DNA from: the human T2T-CHM13v2.0 reference genome, Homo sapiens
NCBI RefSeq assembly: GCF_009914755.1
Contig: NC_060947.1
Length of the DNA stretch: 64,000 nucleotides
Reading direction: 5' to 3' (one strand)
The position numbers and the translations under genes were made by a program. Below, one piece after another: positions 12,209 to 23,509 of the stretch. Position 1 is the stretch's first letter; each line of letters starts with the position of its first letter. The notes below the pieces were generated by a model. It was not told the DNA's origin and did no database searches. It saw nothing but the letters and a program-made list of their open reading frames with translations.

Positions 12209-13444
12209 GTATGTTTTACCTAGAGACCAGAAAGCTCTACTACTCCTGAGCTGGGACCCACAACCCATCACTTAATGCTGATCTGTGAGTGATGCTAACA
12301 CTGCTGCTTTTGGGGGTGCTGCTCCCACTGAGTAGGAATACAGGATGCCATAGCTTTACTAATGCTGTTAAAACTGCCACAGATGTTTTGGAAAGAAATG
12401 GCTGCTATAGTCACTGTTGCTGCTGCTATTACTGCTGGAGGGATTTCCAGAGACAGAAAAAAGAAGCTTATTTTTCTCCTCACCTCATAGTCTCTCCACC
12501 AGTGCTTCCCAATAGCAAACCTAACAGGAGGCTAATTAGGAAAGGAATCTGAAAAATGTAGTTTGTGGGTTTCTAGCTCCCTGTGATACAGAGAGAACAT
12601 TGAAAGTATAACTGGGAGCCAAGTGAAAAATTGCTGCACAACAATATAATGTTTTAAACTGATCTCCTGTGTGGAGACACAACATAAGCGTGGAAAGCAA
12701 AGCCATCAGTGGGACAGTTTCTGAATCCAGTGGACAATGATATTTAATTTCTAGGAGAGGTATTTAAGAAGGGATATGTTCTCCTTCAGCTCAGTGAGAA
12801 AAAGGTAATACATAAAACAGAGCACCTCTAAGTAACTTTGTTCTAGACATCCAAGAGCAGATTTGTGTTCATTATAAAGGGAAGAACACTGGAGTTCTGT
12901 GCATGAGGAGCAACAATTATATAGTTGACCTCAAAAATTGTTTTCTTCACATTATATTCCCATTTGGTTGAGATCTGCAGATTATTCTTAAGTTATAATT
13001 TTTGTACCTTGAAATACACAAAAATTTTACTTGCATTGCTCTATATAACAGTAGTCACAGAATAACTATAAGGTCCTGAAAATACTTTTTCAAAATGTGT
13101 TTTTAGGGTGTAGCCTCTATACACAACATTTTAGAAATGTTTTAATTTTTATTATAAAAATAATTCTTGTATAAAATCAAGTGAGCGCCTGCAGAGGTAG
13201 AATTTCTTCTTAATACCATACAGAGATGGTCATGTATGTTTATCCTGATTTTTTCCCATAAACACTCTAATGTATTTTGTGATTATAATCACTGAAGTAG
13301 GATATTATAATTCTCTTCTCTAACTTAGAAGTTAAAAATTATGTATAATGTGTTTTGCCTTGTAGATCTTGAGTTTTAATACAGTTAAATGTATCTACTA
13401 TTTTAAAATTGCGTCATTGAATTCTATAGCATGGATATACTGAA

Positions 13445-13591
13445 ATTTATTTTATCGTTTGTCTTCCCATGTAGAGTACAAACTCCCTTAGGACAAGGGC
13501 CTTGTTTTTTTGGCTCACAGCTATATCCCCAGTGCTAAGAAAAGTGTCTGGCAAATAGTAGGTACTTAAAAAATTTGTAGAATGAACGAAT
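13445..13591 (+). mobile_element. L2 3' end
   Basis: ctggcaaatagtaggtacttaaaaaatttgtagaatgaacgaat. Confidence 0.8.
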
Positions 13592-14998
13592 ATATGGCAA
13601 AACATTATTGATGAATATTTAGATATTTTCCATTTTCACTATTCCAATAATGAATTTTGCAATTAGTATTCTTGCAGATATATTTTATACATGTATTTAT
13701 CTTTCTAGGGCAATTCATAGAGAAGGAATTACTGGGTCAAGGAACAAAACCAAATTAAAGAACTCTAACCCCTCTCAAATTCGTCCCATGTTCAGGAAGT
13801 ACCCAATGTGAAGGGAGGTGGCACTTATATTTACAAACCCAGTCTCCCTAGCTATCACTTGAGTGCTACCACTGAAAATCTCACGAATGTAGTCCTGTTA
13901 CTAAGTGGCATTGGCTTTTTAATTTGTTCTGTTTTGGGGAAGTTGTCTGAGTCTCTTATGTTTCTACCTCATGTTCTGATCCATTCAACTGTCATTCTGT
14001 TGAAATGAGAACAGTACCTTTTGTCCCTGCTATTTTTTGTTAAGCAAGCTATATTGGCTACAAAACTTTGTGCTCCCAATATCTTTATGAACTTTTTTTC
14101 TAATCTGGCTTTGTTAAAATCATCCCATTAACCCCCAAGGCTCAGGGTAAATCCCTATGGAGGAAAGGTAAGGGCTCACATCATTCATTTTATGCCAATA
14201 TTGGGCTATCCTCAGAACAGTTCTAATCCTCTGACGCTAACCAAGGCTCCTTGAACCAAGTTTTCAAAGCTCAGTTCTTTCCCATCTTCAGTCGAGTGAC
14301 TTGCAAACATACCCTTGACAGGTCTAGTCTCAGTCCTGTAGATGTTTCTGAATCCCAGGGTAAAATGTCATTTGGGCTGCTCAGGTAGGGATCCTAGAAA
14401 TACTCAGATATATTCATAAATATAGAAACAGATGAACAGGGGTATGTTCAAATTTCATATCAGCAAGTTTTCAAGATAGTTCAGGGTTCCCCCCCTTAAA
14501 TCCTAAAACTTTAATATTTTAATCTTTGGGGTAGAAGGCTTCCTTTATAGAATATTCTTTTCTGATTACAAATGTAATATATGATCATTTAGAAATGTTC
14601 AGAAATAGAGGAAATATAAAATAGAGAAAATAAAATCACCTATAACCTCCTTCCCAGAGGCACCACTGTGAAAATTTTATACACATTTTCATCCAAACTC
14701 TTTTCTATATGTTTTTACATAGTTAAAGTCATATTGCATATACTTTTTTGTTGTTGTTTGCCCTTTTCTTCATAACAAAACTTTTCCTTTTTGACTACAA
14801 ATGCTCTTCATATACATACTTTCTAATAATTGTATATTAGTCCACTGTTTGGATATACCACATATTATCAGGGTTGTGTGTTTTAAAAGCTGTCTTGCAA
14901 GTTTACTCAGAATAAAAAGTCAGTCATATTTTCTTTCCTCACCCAGATCCACTCAGTCCTGAGTGCTGTCTATTCTATTTCCAAACAGTTTATCTGTC

Positions 14999-15165
14999 CC
15001 AGAGGTTTTAATCCAAGCTGGAACATCTGGGAAGCTTTTAAAAAATACTGATTGTTGGGGTCCTGCCACAGACTGATTCAGTCAGAATCCCTGAGGGATA
15101 GACCTCAGGTATTCACATACCTAAAATCTCCCCAGTGGATTTTCATATAGCCAGAGTTGAGATGA
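14999..15165. mobile_element. MER5-type hAT MITE inside an L2 remnant
   Basis: catctgggaagctttt...ctgattcagtcagaatc...ccccagtggattt. Confidence 0.6.
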
Positions 15166-15484
15166 AGTGGTCAGGCCAGCCCCTTCTCTCCAGCCCCACT
15201 GCCACATCCCTAGGTGGAGCCCTCCCTCAACTCCCAATTAGGCAAGTGCAATTACCTCCTAACTCTTTTCCTGTTTCTCGTCTCTTTCTCTGGCAACGTC
15301 TCATCCTTCATACTCCTTCCCAAGTTACTTTCCTAAAACACAGGTCAGATCACATAGCTCCCCTATTGAGAGACCTTCCACTGCTCCCTACTGCCTACAC
15401 TGGTGAGTCTAATTTGGCCTGAGCAAGGCCTTCTACCACCACAGCCCAACCTATATTTCCATATTTTTTCCTCCTCTAGGTCCT

Positions 15485-15921
15485 TGTATTAGTTTGTTTT
15501 ATTTTGCTGATAATAGAATACCTGACACTGAGTAATTTATAAAGAAAAGGAATTTATTTCTTACAGTTATGGAGGCCGAGAAGTCCAAGGTTGCAGAGCT
15601 GTATCTAATAAGGGCCTTCTTGCTGATGGGGACTCTGCAGAGTCCTGAGGCAGTGCAGGACATCACATGGGGAGGGGGCTGAGCATGCTAATGTGCTAGC
15701 TTAGGTCTCTCTTCCTCTTCTTATAAAGCCACCAGCTCCCCTCTCATTATAACTCATTAATCCATTAACCCATTAATTCATTAATCTATAAATGGATTAA
15801 TCCCTTCATGACTGCAGAGCCCTCATGACCCAATCACTTCTTAGAGGCCACATTTCTCAATACTGCTACATTGGGGAATACGTTTCAGCATGATTTTGAT
15901 GGGGGCATTGAAACCATAGCA
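15485..15921 (-). mobile_element. MST (MSTC-like) MaLR solo LTR
   Basis: tgtattagtt...gtaatttataaagaaaaggaatttatttc...aaaccatagca. Confidence 0.85.
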
Positions 15922-16129
15922 GTGTTCTAGTGTGCCTTGCCACTTTTCTTAGCGAGCTTTCTGCTTTTGTTCAAACTGCCTTTTTTCACACTGTTCCTAA
16001 CCTGTAATGATCTCCTTCTCCAATCCTCAAAGAACACCATCATAGTATTCATACTTCAAGGCCCATTTCTAATATCATATCCCTATTCAACTAGTCAACA
16101 ATCATCTATTGAGGGACTACTGTGCACCA

Positions 16130-17105
16130 TTCATTAGTTCAACAAGTTTTTGAGTTCTACTGTATCTAGGTGCTAAGGAGATAAGAGTGAACAAAACAGA
16201 CAGAAATACCTTTCCCCGTAGAACTTACATTTTAGTAGGAGACACAGGAAAGAAAAAAACACCTAAGCACATTTTCATAAATAAGAAAATGTTAGATAAG
16301 TGCTATGCAGAGAATTAGAACGTATAGTGACTGGGTGGCTATTTTGGTTTGAAATAGCCTCTCTGAGGAGGTGACATTTATACCGAGATCTGAATGACAG
16401 GAAGGAAGGGACCAATCATTCAAAGTTTAGGGGGCAAAGCATTCCAAAGAGAGGATCAGCCAATGTGAAGGCTCTGAGGTGGAATGAAGCCTACTTGTTT
16501 GAAGAACAGAAAGAAGGCCAGAGCAGCTGAAGCACAGATCCAAAGGGGGAGTAGTGGCAGAGAGAGTCAGAGCCAGCTTATATACGCTTTTGTGGTTGTT
16601 GTTGTTTTGTTTGTTTTGAGACAGAGTCTCACTCTGTCGCCCAAGCTGGAGTGCAATGGTGTGATCTTGGCTCACTGCAACCTCTGCCTCCTGGGTTCAA
16701 GCAATTCTCCTGCCTCAGCCTCCTGAGTAGCTAGGATTATAGGCACATGCCCCCACACCCAGCTAATTTTTGTATTTTTAGTAGAGACAGGGTTTTGCCA
16801 TGTCGGCCAGGCTCATCTCGAACTCCTGAGCTCAAGAAATCCACCCGCCTCAGCCTCCCAAAATGCTGGGATTACAGGCGTGAGCCACCACGCCTGGCCT
16901 CATATATGCTTTCTAAGTCAGGGCAAAGAGTTAAAATTTGATTCCAAGTGCAACGATGAGAAGCCACTAGATAATTTTAAGCCATAGAGTGATATGAAAT
17001 GGTTTGTGTTTGAACAAGATCACTCTGGTTGTTGTGTGAACAAGAGATAGAGGGGGTAACAGTAGGAGGAGGGACCAGGTAGATGCTTTGGTAGCAGTCC
17101 AGTTT
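16130..17105 (-). mobile_element. L2 3' region interrupted by an Alu
   Basis: ttcaacaagtttttgag...cctctctgaggaggtgacattt...aagatcactctggttg. Confidence 0.75.
16591..16899 (-). mobile_element. Alu (Jb/Sz-like)
   Basis: Full Alu; TSD ttatatacgcttt / tcatatatgcttt. Confidence 0.95.
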
Positions 17106-17344
17106 TCCTTGAACTACTTGCTGAATTTGAAGCAAATAAAAAGCAAACACTTCTCTTACTCTTAGGCAAAAGATTAAAATTCTTAATGTCACCTAAAAAG
17201 ACCTGGATGGGCTGGCCTCTCTCCAGCCTTCTCTATACCTTCATTGCCTCCTGCTATTGAGCCTTGCTGACCTTCCTTCAGCTCCGCAACCTACATCATT
17301 CCTTCAGGCCACAGGACACTTGGACTTGCTGTGGTTACATATTA

Positions 17345-17810
17345 TTTCTGTGTGTTATAAAATACACATAACATGCAATTTACCACTTTACCTATTTTAA
17401 GGTGTACAATTCAACATTAAGTACATTCCCACTGTTGCACAACCATCACCACTATCTAGCTCCAGGACTTATTCGTCACCACAAGAATAAACCCCATATC
17501 CATTAAACGGTGACTCTCCATTAGGGTTAGCCCTTGGCAACCACTAATCTGCCTATGGATTTGACTATTACGGACAGTTCATATAAATAGAATTATACAT
17601 ATGCATCCTTCTGCATCTGGCTTTCGCTCAGCATAATGTTTTCAAGGTTCATCCAAGTTGTATCATGCATCAGTACTTCATCTCTTTTTATGGCTGAATA
17701 ATATTCCCTAGTGTAGATATGCCACAAAATAGATTTCATTAATCTACTTGTCACTGGACATTTATTTAGGTTGTTTTCATATTTTGGCTATTGTAAATGG
17801 TGCTACTGTG
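17345..17810 (-). mobile_element. L1MB-type 3' end
   Basis: gtgtacaattca...tgcacaaccatcaccactatc...tttcaaggttcatcca. Confidence 0.8.
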
Positions 17811-17877
17811 AGTTGCTTGGTGATATGGCAGCTGTGATTATATATTGATGCATTATAGATCAGTGAATCTTAGACAC

Positions 17878-18381
17878 GTGATAGTTTCCTACAGCTGCTG
17901 TAACAAAGTACCACAAGCTGGGTGGCTTTAAAAAAAACAGAAATGTATTATCTCACAGTTCTAGAGGCTAGGAGTCTGACATCAAAGTGTCAGCAGGGCC
18001 ATCCTCTCTCTGAGACTCTGGGTAGAATCCTTCCTTGCCTCCTCCTAGCTTCTGGAGGTGACCATCAATCCTTGGCAGTCTTTGGCTTGTAGCTGCATCA
18101 CTCTGATCTCTACTTCTGTTGTCACAATGGCCTTCTCCCTGTGTGTCTTTGTGTTTTCCTATGGCCCTCTCCCTGTGTCTCTTCTTTTAAGGATATGAGC
18201 CCTTAAAAGTGCTTGGATTATGGGCCCCCACTACTCCAGTATGACCTTGTCTTAATTATATTTGCAACAACCCTATTTCCAAATAAGATCACATTCTGAG
18301 GTACTGGGGTTAGGACTTCAGCCGCACCTAGCCTGGACTTCAATATATCTTTTGGGAGGACACAATTCAATCCATAATACA
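17878..18381 (-). mobile_element. MLT1C-like MaLR LTR
   Basis: gctgctgtaacaaagtaccacaagctgggtggct...ttccaaataagatcacattctgaggtactgggg. Confidence 0.85.
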
Positions 18382-18505
18382 TGACAGACATTACTGTGCA
18401 TCTGACTCCCCTGGAGATCTTGTTAACATGGGCTTGGAGTGGGGCTTGAGGTTCTGCATGTTCAAACAGCTCTTCCAGTGGATGTCAATGCTGCCAGCTC
18501 AGGGT

Positions 18506-18619
18506 TAGTGTGACTAATATGTTCTGGTTTGCGCAAGGCCTTCCTGGTTTTAGCAATGAAAATCCTGAATGCAGGGAAACCCCTCAGTCCTGGGCAAACT
18601 GGGATGGCTTGTCACCCTA
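18506..18619 (-). mobile_element. MER81 (hAT-Blackjack) MITE, full length
   Basis: 114 bp with terminal inverted repeats tagtgtgac / gtcacccta and core aaacccctcagtcctgggcaaac. Confidence 0.75.
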
Positions 18620-19687
18620 TATATATGTCATGGGCCACAATTGGAGAGCAAGGATCTAGCTACAAGCTATGTTAATTTATCTACTAATTACATTACTGAA
18701 TATTCATATTTATCTTTATATTTAAATGGTTTATTTTTGCTAGAACAGTCCAAGTTTTCAAGAATCTGGACCTAAGAGATATTCCAAAAATGCTCCAAAC
18801 TGTGAGACGGTGAGTTAGCTTAAACTGATGGGTGTCTTCTGTGAATGTCATATATTAACTCACCAAATTATCTATGATGCTTAGCAGTGTCACTGTTGGG
18901 CTGAACATTGAGATTTCTGACCTCTTTACAAAATAATTATACATGGCCAAGATCTTTTGATGCTAAGGATACCCACTGGGCTTGAAGTCTTCAGTATCCT
19001 TTCCCTGCTGCTGCAGCAGTTGGAATCAGCCTGGAGTCTGTAAGAATGAAAGAGAAAGCTCCTCTCTGAAGTTGGGTTTAAGTTCATTGCAGTATGGGGC
19101 AATGCCCCTCAACTCTTGCTTAATATTCAGACCACCTGAAGAGCTTCTAAAACGCGGAGCTTTCACCCCACACCAAATGACTCCAAATAGCTGGGATTGG
19201 GCACAGGCATTCATAATTGTTTTAAAACACCAGGTGATGCAAATGAGCACCCAGCATCGAGAATCAGTGTGCCAAGACCCCTTTATAACAGACACCTTGC
19301 TCAACCTGTCCCTTCTTTCACCTGCACCTATATTCCACCCTTGTATGCCCACATACCTTTTTGTTATAGTTGACAATTTCCTTAAACAGGTTCTCCTCTT
19401 CCTCATATTTTTGTCCTGTTCATACAGTTACCTTATTGACCTGAGACCACATATAACTGGATAGAGGTAATAATTACTCCTGTAACAACTGACCTTAGCA
19501 GGCTTTTCCCAAGCCTTATTGACTCTGTTTTTCACTCTTTCACAAATATGTATCCTTAACATCATCATCCACGATTGAGTTAACCTGTGATAGTGTTGCT
19601 GTTTTTGACTAGTCTCTTAGCAATCAAGCTAAATCTCCCACTGAATCTGTGTGTTCCTCTACAAACCATATCTGGGTGGAATGTACG

Positions 19688-20270
19688 TTTTTATTGTGAT
19701 ATAATTAATATATCATAAAAGTCATCCTCTTAAAGTATACAACTCAGTGGTTTTTAGTAATTCACAGTATTGTGCAACCATCATCACTATGTAATTCTAG
19801 AACATTCTCATTACTCTAAAAAGAAGCCGCTTACCCATTAAAAGTCACCTCATTCCTGCCTCCCACTCGCTGCAACCACTAATCTCTTTTGTCTCTATGG
19901 ATTTGTCTATTTTGGATATTTCCTATACATGAATCATTCAATATGTGGTCTTTTGTGTCTGGCGTCTTTCGCTTAGCATATTTTCAAGGTTCATCCACGT
20001 TGCAGCATTTACCAGTAGTACTTCATTCTTTTTTGTGGCCGAATAATTTTCCGTTGTATGGAGGCACCGAATTTTGGTCATCCACTCATCAGCTGACGGA
20101 TATTTGAGTTGTTTCCAATTTTTGGCTATTGTGAATAATGCCGCTATAAACATTCATGTATATGGTTTTGTGTGGGCATATATTTTCATTTCTCTTGGGT
20201 AAATACCCAGGAATGGAGTTGCTAGATCATATGCAAACTCTGTTCAACTTTTTGAGGAACTCCAAATTGG
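19688..20270 (-). mobile_element. L1MB-type 3' end next to the CpG island
   Basis: ORF 19938-20153 (MFIAALFTIAKNWKQ) is an ORF2 C-terminal remnant; L1MB 3' UTR motifs. Confidence 0.87.
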
Positions 20271-21132
20271 TTGTGAACATTATTTTTTGACCTCAATGCA
20301 GCTTTCCTTTACAGGAGGGAGGTGGACTGTACTTGTTAGCGCGCTGCAAATGATTCTCAGGCATATTAAACATTTTTCTGTATTCTGTTAAACATTGTAT
20401 GCGCAGCAAGAATGACGCCTCATACAGACCTTTCTTGTCATTTCGTTTTATTATTTCAAAATGTAAGACAAATCTGAAAAATGGAGGAGCCTGCAGATAC
20501 CTGTGGTGGCGAGGATTTGGGGTCTGTCTGAGCTCCGGCGTTCCTGCCCATCCCTCCAGCTGTATCTCTGGCCACCTGTCTGTTCCTGGCACAAACAAGG
20601 CCTGCTGGTTGCCAAGGACATGACTACGGGGCCATTTCCATGTGAGAAGGCCCTGGGGGGTGTCAAAATGCAGAAACGTGACTGATGGGCAGCGGGGCAC
20701 CCATAAACTTCCCATAGCCAGGTGCAGGCATACCTGCAAATGTAACGCCCAACTGTGTACAAAGCAGAAATCTAAATGCCAGGGCGGACTGGGAGAGGTT
20801 CCCGTGACCTCTGACCCGGCCTCTAAATTCTCCCATTCCCTCCCCACTGTCCTGCCGCGCCCCGTGTCGCCTCGCCTGGCCTCGCCTGGCCTCGCCTCCC
20901 TCCTCCGCTGGGGGTCTAAGCCTGCGCAGTATTGCGAACGCGGGCGGCGTTTCCCGCATGCGCAGTCACTGCCCGGCCCGGCTTTTTCAGTAGGAGCCCC
21001 GCGCGGTGCGCGCTCACGCACGCGCACGGCCTCGCCTGCGCGCTCACGAGGCCTCTCGCGGCACGCGCCCCCGCCCCGCGCCGCCCCGCCCCGCCCCGCC
21101 TCTTCCCCCTCCCGCGCGCCCGCCCGCCGCCT

Positions 21133-21153
21133 GCCGCCGCCGCCGCCGCCGCC
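21133..21153 (+). repeat. (GCC)7 trinucleotide repeat in the presumed 5' UTR
   Basis: Seven GCC units ending 13 nt before the ATG. Confidence 0.95.
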
Positions 21154-21166
21154 GGAGCTCTGTAGT

Positions 21167-21247
21167 ATGGCATCGAGGAGAATGGAGACCAAACCTGTGA
21201 TAACCTGTCTCAAAACCCTCCTCATCATCTACTCCTTCGTCTTCTGG
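21167..21247 (+). CDS. TSPAN7: Tetraspanin-7 coding exon 1 (27 codons: cytoplasmic N-terminus and start of TM1); phase-0 intron follows
   Basis: ATG in strong context (agtATGG) translates to MASRRMETKPVITCLKTLLIIYSFVFW, recognised as the TSPAN7 N-terminus. Ends at a canonical donor TGG|GTAAGT (21248-21253), inside a CpG island. Confidence 0.97.
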
Positions 21248-22094
21248 GTAAGTGCCCACGCCGGGCCGGTGGCCGAGTCGCTGTCCATCGGTCCGTATGA
21301 TGATGCTCTGAGAAAAGAAGTGGGGAGGAAAACCCAAACCAAAAATCAAATCTGGGACCCCTCTTTAAGGAGACAGGCGCGGGGTGCTGGGTCGGGGCTG
21401 CAGGATGGCAGGGTGCGGGTCGGGGCTGCTGGAACCCTAGACCTCGCTCCGCGCAGGCTGCAAGGGGCTGCGGAGTGTCGGTGACTGCAGGTTGTCGACC
21501 TTCCAAAAAAAAAATGTTAATGCATTAGTTTCTTTTATAATCTCCCGGGATAGGGTCAGCTCCTGGGGAAAGTTGCGGGTTTATTCGTCTGTTTTCCTCG
21601 CTGTACACCTTTCTCTCCCTTCCCCTACCAGCCGGTTCGCGGCGCCTCTTGGAGCTAACCTGTGGCGGGCTAGGAGAGGACACGGGAGCGTGGGGTTTAA
21701 TCTCAGATTCCCAGTTATTCCTGACCCCACGGGGCTGCGGGAGGGAGGCACCAGAAGCACCGTGCCTGCCTGGCTGGGCAAGGGCGACCGAAGTCTCCCA
21801 AGCGCACGATGGGGAGCAGGCGTTGTCACCGCGTGGAGGCGCACGAAAGGGAGAGGGTCTTACATAAGCCGGGGGCATCTTTGAGGTTTCTTGGTGACCC
21901 AAGAGATGAGTCTTTGGATTCCTTTCCCACCTCCCTGCATCCTTACACTCCCTATCTGGTGGTTCTGTCACTGCATGAGCACAATCCGCAGCGCCCTGGC
22001 AGAGGGTCCCCTCCACTTGGTGATAGAGATAGCGCCCCAACTCTACTCCCCATCTATCCAGTGCTGCCGCCGGTCCTTGAAGCTCAATGCAGAA

Positions 22095-22108
22095 GGGTGA
22101 CGTCACCC
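22095..22108. promoter_or_regulatory. Full CRE (TGACGTCA) within the perfect 14-bp palindrome GGGTGACGTCACCC
   Basis: Exact CREB/ATF consensus at 22098-22105; binding is inferred, not shown. Confidence 0.65.
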
Positions 22109-22169
22109 CTCAGCCAGGGCCGCGGGGGGCTGCGTGGTGCACCTCGCGGAGGGATGCGCCTTTCTGCGC

Positions 22170-22217
22170 GGGGGAGGGGGGAGGAGGAGGAGGGGGAGGA
22201 GGAGGAGGAGGAGGGGG
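22170..22217 (+). repeat. (GGA)n/G-run polypurine tract (G4/triplex-prone)
   Basis: 48 nt of only G and A: GGA repeats interrupted by G5-6 runs. Confidence 0.9.
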
Positions 22218-23509
22218 CTCCAGGCTTGTGCCTTACCTCATCCTGTTTGGCAAATCATGGAATCAGTGCAGGGCTGACACTGCAGTGATTCACTGAGAGA
22301 GGTGCGTGGTACTTAAAGACCATTCCCTGTTATTTCTCTTTTCATGTCGGTGACCCCGTCTTCCCTAGTTCCTTACGCCCATAATCAAGCTACAGCTACC
22401 CCGCAGGGGAATGAATATCGACCCTCTTCCCCCCTTGTCCCCCAAATCTGGGTCATTTTAGCTTCTACGGCAGTCATTTTGAAATCTGAGGCTCTGTAGG
22501 AAAAGCCAGTTCAACCTTTGCTTGTTTTCTTCTTGCACCCCTCACCCCCGCCCCTCACCCACCACCATATATTAGCCCTATTTTTGCTTTGAAACTGGAG
22601 CACAGTGCTGTATGAGGTACCGAGAATCAGCTAGATGGCAAACCGGACTGTTTGCAATGGTCAAGGAAGAAGCAGAGATTTATTGAGGATCAAAAATATT
22701 CCTAATGCACCCGGACATTTCCTTATCGCTGGCGTTGGTGGTTCTTCAAGTCAGGGAAGGTATGGACTCCCCAGACCACACATACCAGGAGCTCTGCAAT
22801 GAGCTAGGATAGATTAACTGGCATATTGCACAAGGCAAACACAGAAACGGACTTTATTTGGACTGACAACGACACAGGTTGAAATGTCTCAGTAGTGGAA
22901 TTGTGAGCTATGCACAGATCATATCATCTTATGCTCTGCCTGTAAAAAGCAGTAACACATGCTGATTGCTGAAACTTCCCAGTAGCCATTCCTGGGAACT
23001 GGTTTAGCTTTTTATGTGTTTCCTTAAATCTCTTTTTGTTTGGCCCTTTATCATTTACTTGACTTCCTATTTGTTACTGGAGTGAATCATATTGGGAGGG
23101 GGGAGGTATTTTTATCTTCCTTAAAAATAAGGTTAACAGTGCACATGAAGAAATATTGTTCTTTCAGAATCACTGCAAGCTGGTAAAGAAGGGGGTCTTC
23201 CAGGCTGAGGCTTTTCATATGAGCACTTTAACTCTCCTTGCTTACATTCCACCCCTATGAATCTAATTACTTAATGCCCCCAATACATCTTAAACAATCA
23301 CTGCATTTTATGTCCTCCGGAAGTTCCTTGATGCCTTCATTTTAATTTTTTCTACTTTCAAGATTTTCATAGTCTTAAATGTTAACCTGGAACATTTTCA
23401 ATAGTTTAAATACCAAAGCCAGTTCTGGCTTTGGTTGTTGTAATCATTTCATACTTACAACCAAAAGAATAAGATCTCTTCGGATGTGTGAGGATATTTT
23501 AAACAAGAC

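Larger units (their letters stand above)
10930..12640. mobile_element. Ancient LTR (LTR78/79-like) hosting the HERV-H retrocopy and an MLT1
   Basis: agtcaggcaagcagaaactactct...; later ccaccagtgcttcccaatagcaaacctaacaggagg...gaaaaatgtagttt. Confidence 0.5.
20780..22320. promoter_or_regulatory. TSPAN7: CpG island / TSPAN7 promoter and 5' UTR
   Basis: Abrupt GC- and CpG-rich block in an AT-rich background. Tandem GC boxes (CCCCGCCCC) at 21068-21100; E2F-like TTTCCCGC 20950-20957 overlapping NRF1-like CGCATGCGCA 20955-20964; no TATA box seen. Confidence 0.93.

Noticed and set aside
18982-19464. 160-aa ORF with an overlapping 126-aa antisense ORF
   Set aside because: TTG start, spans a MER5-like remnant, no domain or splice support.
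20293-21228. 311-aa antisense ORF and other long ORFs overlapping the CpG island (e.g. 21525-22106, 21809-22288)
   Set aside because: GC-rich DNA is depleted of stop codons; the products are low-complexity R/G/A/P with no recognisable domain.
20642-21484. 280-aa ORF containing the TSPAN7 N-terminus
   Set aside because: It starts at a GTG in promoter DNA and reads through the strong donor at 21248; only 21167-21247 is supported.
21975-21995. REST/RE1-like ATGAGCACAATCCGCAGCGCC
   Set aside because: About 14/21 match and lacks the core GGA of the right half-site.
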